Positions 18,556 to 22,710 of a stretch of DNA of 22,710 nt are shown here, piece by piece. The stretch comes from Bdellovibrionota bacterium FG-2. GTDB lineage: Bacteria > Bdellovibrionota > UBA1018. The notes below the pieces were generated by a model. It made no database searches and was not told where the DNA came from. It saw only the letters and a list, made by a program, of their open reading frames with translations. The DNA is taken from assembly GCA_051382305.1 (NCBI GenBank), contig JBBCAV010000250.1:1-22710 (forward strand), written 5' to 3'. A program made the position numbers and the translations under genes. The first letter of the stretch is position 1; each line of letters opens with the position of its first letter.

Positions 18556-18584
18556 ATTATTACCATATTGTGTAAATATGTAAA
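18556..18584 (-). promoter_or_regulatory. higBA promoter with a candidate HigA operator
   Basis: TTTACA (18584-18579) - 17 nt - AATAAT (18561-18556) - 5 nt - GTG start. Inverted repeat TTAC-N8-GTAA at 18560-18575 spans the spacer. Confidence 0.6.
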
Positions 18585-18608
18585 GAACATTCTTCTAAAG
18601 CCACAATC

Positions 18609-20588
18609 CTAACTCAAAATCGGCGATGCCCCCGGGCCATTGACCACGTCACCCGTAGGTGCCACGAGTGTTTTAGGCTGCCGCTCGTAATCCACATAGG
18701 TGTAACCATAGAGAACTTCCTCGTAGAAATTCTGTAGCTCCACGCCTTCTTTAGGCTTAATAACCCCTTCGCGCACTTTAGCGTCGATCTGCTCTTTGAC
18801 GCGCTTTTCGAGGTCCGTGCCGCTATATTGAATCCAAGATAAGACACCGGCGACGGTATTCCCCTTGATCACTTCTTCGATATAATAGCCGCCCGGCTCC
18901 GTCTCATCCAAGAACACATGGACTTCATTCACACGACCAAAAAGGTTGTGCAAATCACCCATGATGTCTTGGTAGGCGCCCATCAAAAAGAAACCTAAAT
19001 AATACGGCTCGCCCGCCTTCAGAGGATGCAGCTGCAGCGTGTCTTTGATGTCCCGAAGGTCAATAAACTTTGCGACCTTTCCGTCGGAATCACACGTGAT
19101 GTCAACCAAGGTCGCCGCTCTTACAGGCTCTTCGTTATGTCGATGAATCGGAATAATCGGGAAAAGATGCTGAATTGCCCAGTGATCAGGGATCGATTGA
19201 AAAAGCGAGAAGTTACACAACACCTGATCCGCCAGGTGCTTGTTGAGGGCCTCAACTTCATCGGGGACGTACTTCACCCCGGCGGCGTTCTTTTGAATCA
19301 CTCTGCAAATCTGCCAAAAAATGGTTTCGACTTTGGCCTTATCTTCAAGAGACAAGAACCCAAGCTTAAACATGCTCAGCGCTTCTTCTTTTCTTTGCAA
19401 AGCATCATGAAAATGCTCAAGCAAATTTTTGGCGGTCAGATTTTGGGACAAATACCGCATTTCTTTTACAACATCGTCCTCATCGGGAGTTTCATCAAGC
19501 GCCATGGGAGTCGCACCCACTTCGATGTTCCCAAACACGTTCACGATCAGAACAGAATGGTGCGCGACAATGGCGCGCCCGCTTTCTGAAACGATGTTAG
19601 GCTCAGGGACTTCTTCAGCCGAGCAAACCTCTTGAATGGAGTAGACCACCGCACTGACGTATTCAGAGAGCGAGTAGTTAATCGAGCTTTCAAAACTCGT
19701 GCGCGATCCGTCGTAGTCGACGCCTAAGCCTCCTCCTACATCAATGAACTCGAGATTAAGCCCCATTTTACGAAGCTTAGAGTAGACGCGCGCGCCTTCT
19801 TTGACCGCATCTTTGATCGACTTGATGTTAGTGACTTGAGAGCCGATGTGAAAATGGAGGAGTTTGAAGCTATCTTGTAGCCCTTCTTGCTTAAGCACAT
19901 TCACGACGTGCAGAACTTCAGGGGTCGTGAGACCAAATTTTGCAGATTCACCGCCGCTGGATTCCCATTTGCCACTGCCTTTAGTCGACAATTTACAGCG
20001 CAATCCAATGAGCGGCACCACGCCCAATTCTTTGGCCACAGCAATGACCTGATGGAGTTCCGAGAGTTTCTCAATGACGATCAAAACACGTTTTCCGAGC
20101 TTCAAGCCCATAAGCGCGGTTTTGATTAAAGCGTAATCCTTATACCCATTACAAATAACCAGTGCATTGGGGGACAGGTTCATCGCCACGACAGCTGCCA
20201 GTTCGCCCTTAGACCCCGCTTCAAGGCCAACATCGTACTCTCGACCAGCATCCAAGATCTCTTCAACGACCTCGCGCATCTGATTTACTTTGATGGGGTA
20301 GACACCTTGGTAACGACCCTTATATCCGAATTCCGCGATGGATTTGCGAAAGGACTCGTTTAACTCGACCACTCGTTGGCGGATAATATCCTGAAAGCGC
20401 ACCAGGACGGGCATCCCGAGGTTTTGGGCCCGGATCTCCTCAACAACATCCATCAAAACGATGCCGCCGCCCTCACCCCGTTTTGGGTGAACGGTCAGGT
20501 TTCCGCCTGGATTAATGCTGAAAAACTGATCGCCCCAGCTTTCGATGTTGTAGAGTTTTAGTGAATCCGAAACGCCCCAGCTTTTCAT
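18609..20588 (-). CDS. speA: Biosynthetic arginine decarboxylase
   Basis: YPIKVNQ (PLP Lys), GLEAGSK, HFHIGSQ, DVGGGLGVDYDG, DITCDSDG, GAYQDIMGDLHNLFG. Confidence 0.97.
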   Translation of the reverse strand: MKSWGVSDSLKLYNIESWGDQFFSINPGGNLTVHPKRGEGGGIVLMDVVEEIRAQNLGMPVLVRFQDIIRQRVVELNESFRKSIAEFGYKGRYQGVYPIKVNQMREVVEEILDAGREYDVGLEAGSKGELAAVVAMNLSPNALVICNGYKDYALIKTALMGLKLGKRVLIVIEKLSELHQVIAVAKELGVVPLIGLRCKLSTKGSGKWESSGGESAKFGLTTPEVLHVVNVLKQEGLQDSFKLLHFHIGSQVTNIKSIKDAVKEGARVYSKLRKMGLNLEFIDVGGGLGVDYDGSRTSFESSINYSLSEYVSAVVYSIQEVCSAEEVPEPNIVSESGRAIVAHHSVLIVNVFGNIEVGATPMALDETPDEDDVVKEMRYLSQNLTAKNLLEHFHDALQRKEEALSMFKLGFLSLEDKAKVETIFWQICRVIQKNAAGVKYVPDEVEALNKHLADQVLCNFSLFQSIPDHWAIQHLFPIIPIHRHNEEPVRAATLVDITCDSDGKVAKFIDLRDIKDTLQLHPLKAGEPYYLGFFLMGAYQDIMGDLHNLFGRVNEVHVFLDETEPGGYYIEEVIKGNTVAGVLSWIQYSGTDLEKRVKEQIDAKVREGVIKPKEGVELQNFYEEVLYGYTYVDYERQPKTLVAPTGDVVNGPGASPILS

Positions 20589-20672
20589 CGTTTTTTCTGT
20601 TCCCCTTGCTCGGGCGGTTTACCACTTGACCCATGCCCTGTGCCATGACTAATTCTACTGAATAGGAAAAAT

Positions 20673-21905
20673 ATGGAAGCAAAAAATGAGTCCGAGAAAA
20701 ACATTATTCGCCTAGGGCTCGTCAGCCTTTTTAATGACCTCGGCAGCGAGACGATTTCGAGGATGATTCCGTTCTATCTCGCAAGCGTTTTAGGCGCTCC
20801 GATGAGCATAATCGGCCTCATTGAAGGCCTGGCCGATGCAACGGCCACCCTGCTCAAACCCCTCTTCGGAACCCTCTCGGATCGGGTTCACCTTCGTAAG
20901 CCCTTTGTCGTGCTGGGGTACGGGCTCTCGTCGCTGGCCCGCCCCCTTTTGGCTTTCGCAGGCGCCTGGCCGCTGGTTGCAGTGTTGCGTTTTTCTGAGC
21001 GCCTAGGCAAAGGTATCCGAACCGCTCCCCGCGACGCGCTGATCGCGGATTCAAGCCATGCGGGAGCACGCGGCCGGCACTTCGGAATCAACCGATCACT
21101 CGATACCCTAGGTGCGCTCCTGAGTGTCGCTGGATTTGGGGCGTGGATTTGGTATCGGGGGGATTCTGCTCTTTCAGCTGAGACCTGGCATGTTTTGGCT
21201 CTTGCTTGCGGGGTGCCGGGAGTGATCGCTCTAGCATTGGTGGTCGGAGGGGTGATTGAAGTGGGACCGAGGAGGGGGACCGCGGTTGCTCAGAAAACCG
21301 CCTCGGGGTTGGAGACTTCAGAGAAATTCACCCCCACCCTGAAACGCTACTTCATGATCGTCGCGCTCTTCGGCTTAGCCAATTCGAGCGATGCATTCAT
21401 TTTGCTCAAGGCCAAGGAGCTGGGTTACTCGCTCCTTGAGACACTGGGGATGATCGCACTGCTCAATCTCGTGTCGGCGATGACGGCGATTCCTGCGGCC
21501 GCGCTTTCGGATCGAATGGGGAGACGGGCCCTGATTGCAACAGGGTGGGTGATCTACGCGGTGACCTACGGGCTAATTGGCTGGGGCGTCTTAGAGGGCC
21601 ATCCTGTTTGGTTTGCTTCGACTCTCGCTTTGTATGGGCTGTTTTACGGATTCACCGAAGGCGTGGAAAAAGCCTGGATCGCGGATCTTGCTCCGGTCGG
21701 GGCGCGCGGGCGGGCGTATGGGATTTTTGGGTTTATTTTGGGGGCGGTGGCTTTACCTGCAAGTTTGTTTTTTGGGTGGACGTGGGATCACTTTGGGAGC
21801 TCGGTGCCGTTTTTAGGGTGTGCGGGGATTGCGCTTTTGGCGGCGGTGCTGTTGTGGGCGGGGATGCCTAAAATCCATGGAGGCGATTCTACGATAAGAT
21901 TGTAG
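20673..21905 (+). CDS. MFS transporter
   Basis: About 12 TM helices; motif A GTLSDRVHLRK and LSDRMGRR; RLGKGIRTAPRDALIAD subfamily motif. Confidence 0.95.
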   Translation: MEAKNESEKNIIRLGLVSLFNDLGSETISRMIPFYLASVLGAPMSIIGLIEGLADATATLLKPLFGTLSDRVHLRKPFVVLGYGLSSLARPLLAFAGAWPLVAVLRFSERLGKGIRTAPRDALIADSSHAGARGRHFGINRSLDTLGALLSVAGFGAWIWYRGDSALSAETWHVLALACGVPGVIALALVVGGVIEVGPRRGTAVAQKTASGLETSEKFTPTLKRYFMIVALFGLANSSDAFILLKAKELGYSLLETLGMIALLNLVSAMTAIPAAALSDRMGRRALIATGWVIYAVTYGLIGWGVLEGHPVWFASTLALYGLFYGFTEGVEKAWIADLAPVGARGRAYGIFGFILGAVALPASLFFGWTWDHFGSSVPFLGCAGIALLAAVLLWAGMPKIHGGDSTIRL

Positions 21906-22135
21906 GACACGACGACCTTTTTTCCATTATAAGTGAACGACTGCTCCAAATCGTTAATCGCAATAGCGATGCATTTTGGGCGTCAGCATGTTTTACAAAA
22001 CAGTGCCTTTGCCCAAAGGACCTGTCTCGATACAGGAGTGTGTGCGTTATCAATAATTTATTGCAGCAATCACATAGGCCAGAGCGACGCAAGGATCTGA
22101 GCATCCACCCATCCCTGTTTGGTCAAGACTAAACA

Positions 22136-22710
22136 CAATGGCAGCCGGATAAGCCCGTTTACCTCGCCGCCGTCGGCGTGATCTGATAAAATTGTTGCGG
22201 ATTTTAGGATGGAGGGTACAAATAAAAAAAGCCCTGAGGAAGATTCCGAGCTTTAAATAACGTTACTTTAACTACCCCAACGGAGGGAACGATCATGACA
22301 CGCCCTCGTCGCAGCAGCCCAACATAAAACCTCATCTCTGGTTCATAAAAACAAGCAAAAACTCCTGAAATTCCGCAAGAATTCGACCGATTTCACTCGT
22401 GAGCGCATCTTAACTCTTGAGCATGTGATTGGATTTACGCTCTCTTTGGCAGCGGCTCGGAATGCAAACGGCTATGATATCTCGTCCCAGCATTATTTTC
22501 TCGATTTGAGTCACATGACTGAAGAGATTATCGATCCCGTTCGGCATCAGACCCTCTCCGATGGACGCGCCAAACTTGGCTGAGAGGCATTTGAGTTTTT
22601 ACTGACTGAGGCAAATATTGAGAGCGAGAAATTGCCTGAAAAACTTAAATTCAAGGGACACCTCACACGAGCAATCGACGGCAGCAGTTTTTTCGTACCA
22701 AGAACCGCCG
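22136..22710 (+). mobile_element. IS4-family insertion sequence, left part (continues beyond window)
   Basis: Candidate left terminal inverted repeat CAATGGCAGCCGGATAAG (22136-22153), resembling CAATG-N9-TAAG IS4-type ends from memory, followed by the transposase frame. The partner end is not in the window. Confidence 0.6.
22295..22710 (+). pseudogene. IS4-family transposase, inactivated by a frameshift near the start and an internal TGA
   Basis: The frame from 22299 reads ...FRKNSTDFTRERIL...TLSDGRAKLG*EAFEFL...FKGHLTRAIDGSSFFVP (DFTR.R.L, AR.KL, A.DGS first catalytic Asp), with TGA at 22581-22583. The SD-preceded ATG (GGAGGG, 22295) is out of frame and stops after 10 codons. Confidence 0.85.

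Noticed and set aside
21889..22135. 71-aa minus ORF and a protein-like stretch in another frame (IAIAINDLEQSFTYNGKKVVVSYNLIVE)
   Set aside because: Frames are broken by stops and match no family I recognise; a decayed gene next to the IS is possible but unsupported.
1..22710. Genome-wide stop-codon reassignment suggested by the internal TAG (359) and TGA (22581)
   Set aside because: TAA, TAG and TGA all terminate conserved genes at their expected lengths.
1..22710. CRISPR arrays, tRNA or rRNA genes
   Set aside because: Intergenic gaps are short and show no regularly spaced repeats or tRNA/rRNA signatures by eye.

Overview
Mostly a housekeeping chromosomal segment from a bacterium using the standard genetic code (TGA ends fusA, clpX, higB and the thioesterase gene). 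Gene style suggests a Bdellovibrionota/Oligoflexia or other delta-type lineage (inference). The minus strand carries speA, higBA, pepP-dusB, a two-subunit class I fumarase, an EamA transporter, a small hypothetical gene, clpP-clpX-lon, then directly rpsL-rpsG-fusA and a yihY/brkB gene. The plus strand carries an AAA_14/DUF4143 ATPase plus a second DUF4143 fragment, an acyl-CoA thioesterase, a HAD hydrolase and an MFS transporter. Both ends are decayed accessory DNA: an amber-interrupted secreted-protein gene and an IS-associated ORF tail on the left, and a doubly inactivated IS4-family transposase on the right. I found no CRISPR array, RNA gene or clearly new multi-gene system. The most unusual signals are: (1) an str operon detached from rpoBC/tuf/rpsJ, placed behind clpPX-lon with yihY 4 nt after fusA; (2) an EF-G with EF-G2-like residues; (3) an atypical LGL docking loop in ClpX; (4) several apparently leaderless promoters, one built from two perfect palindromes.
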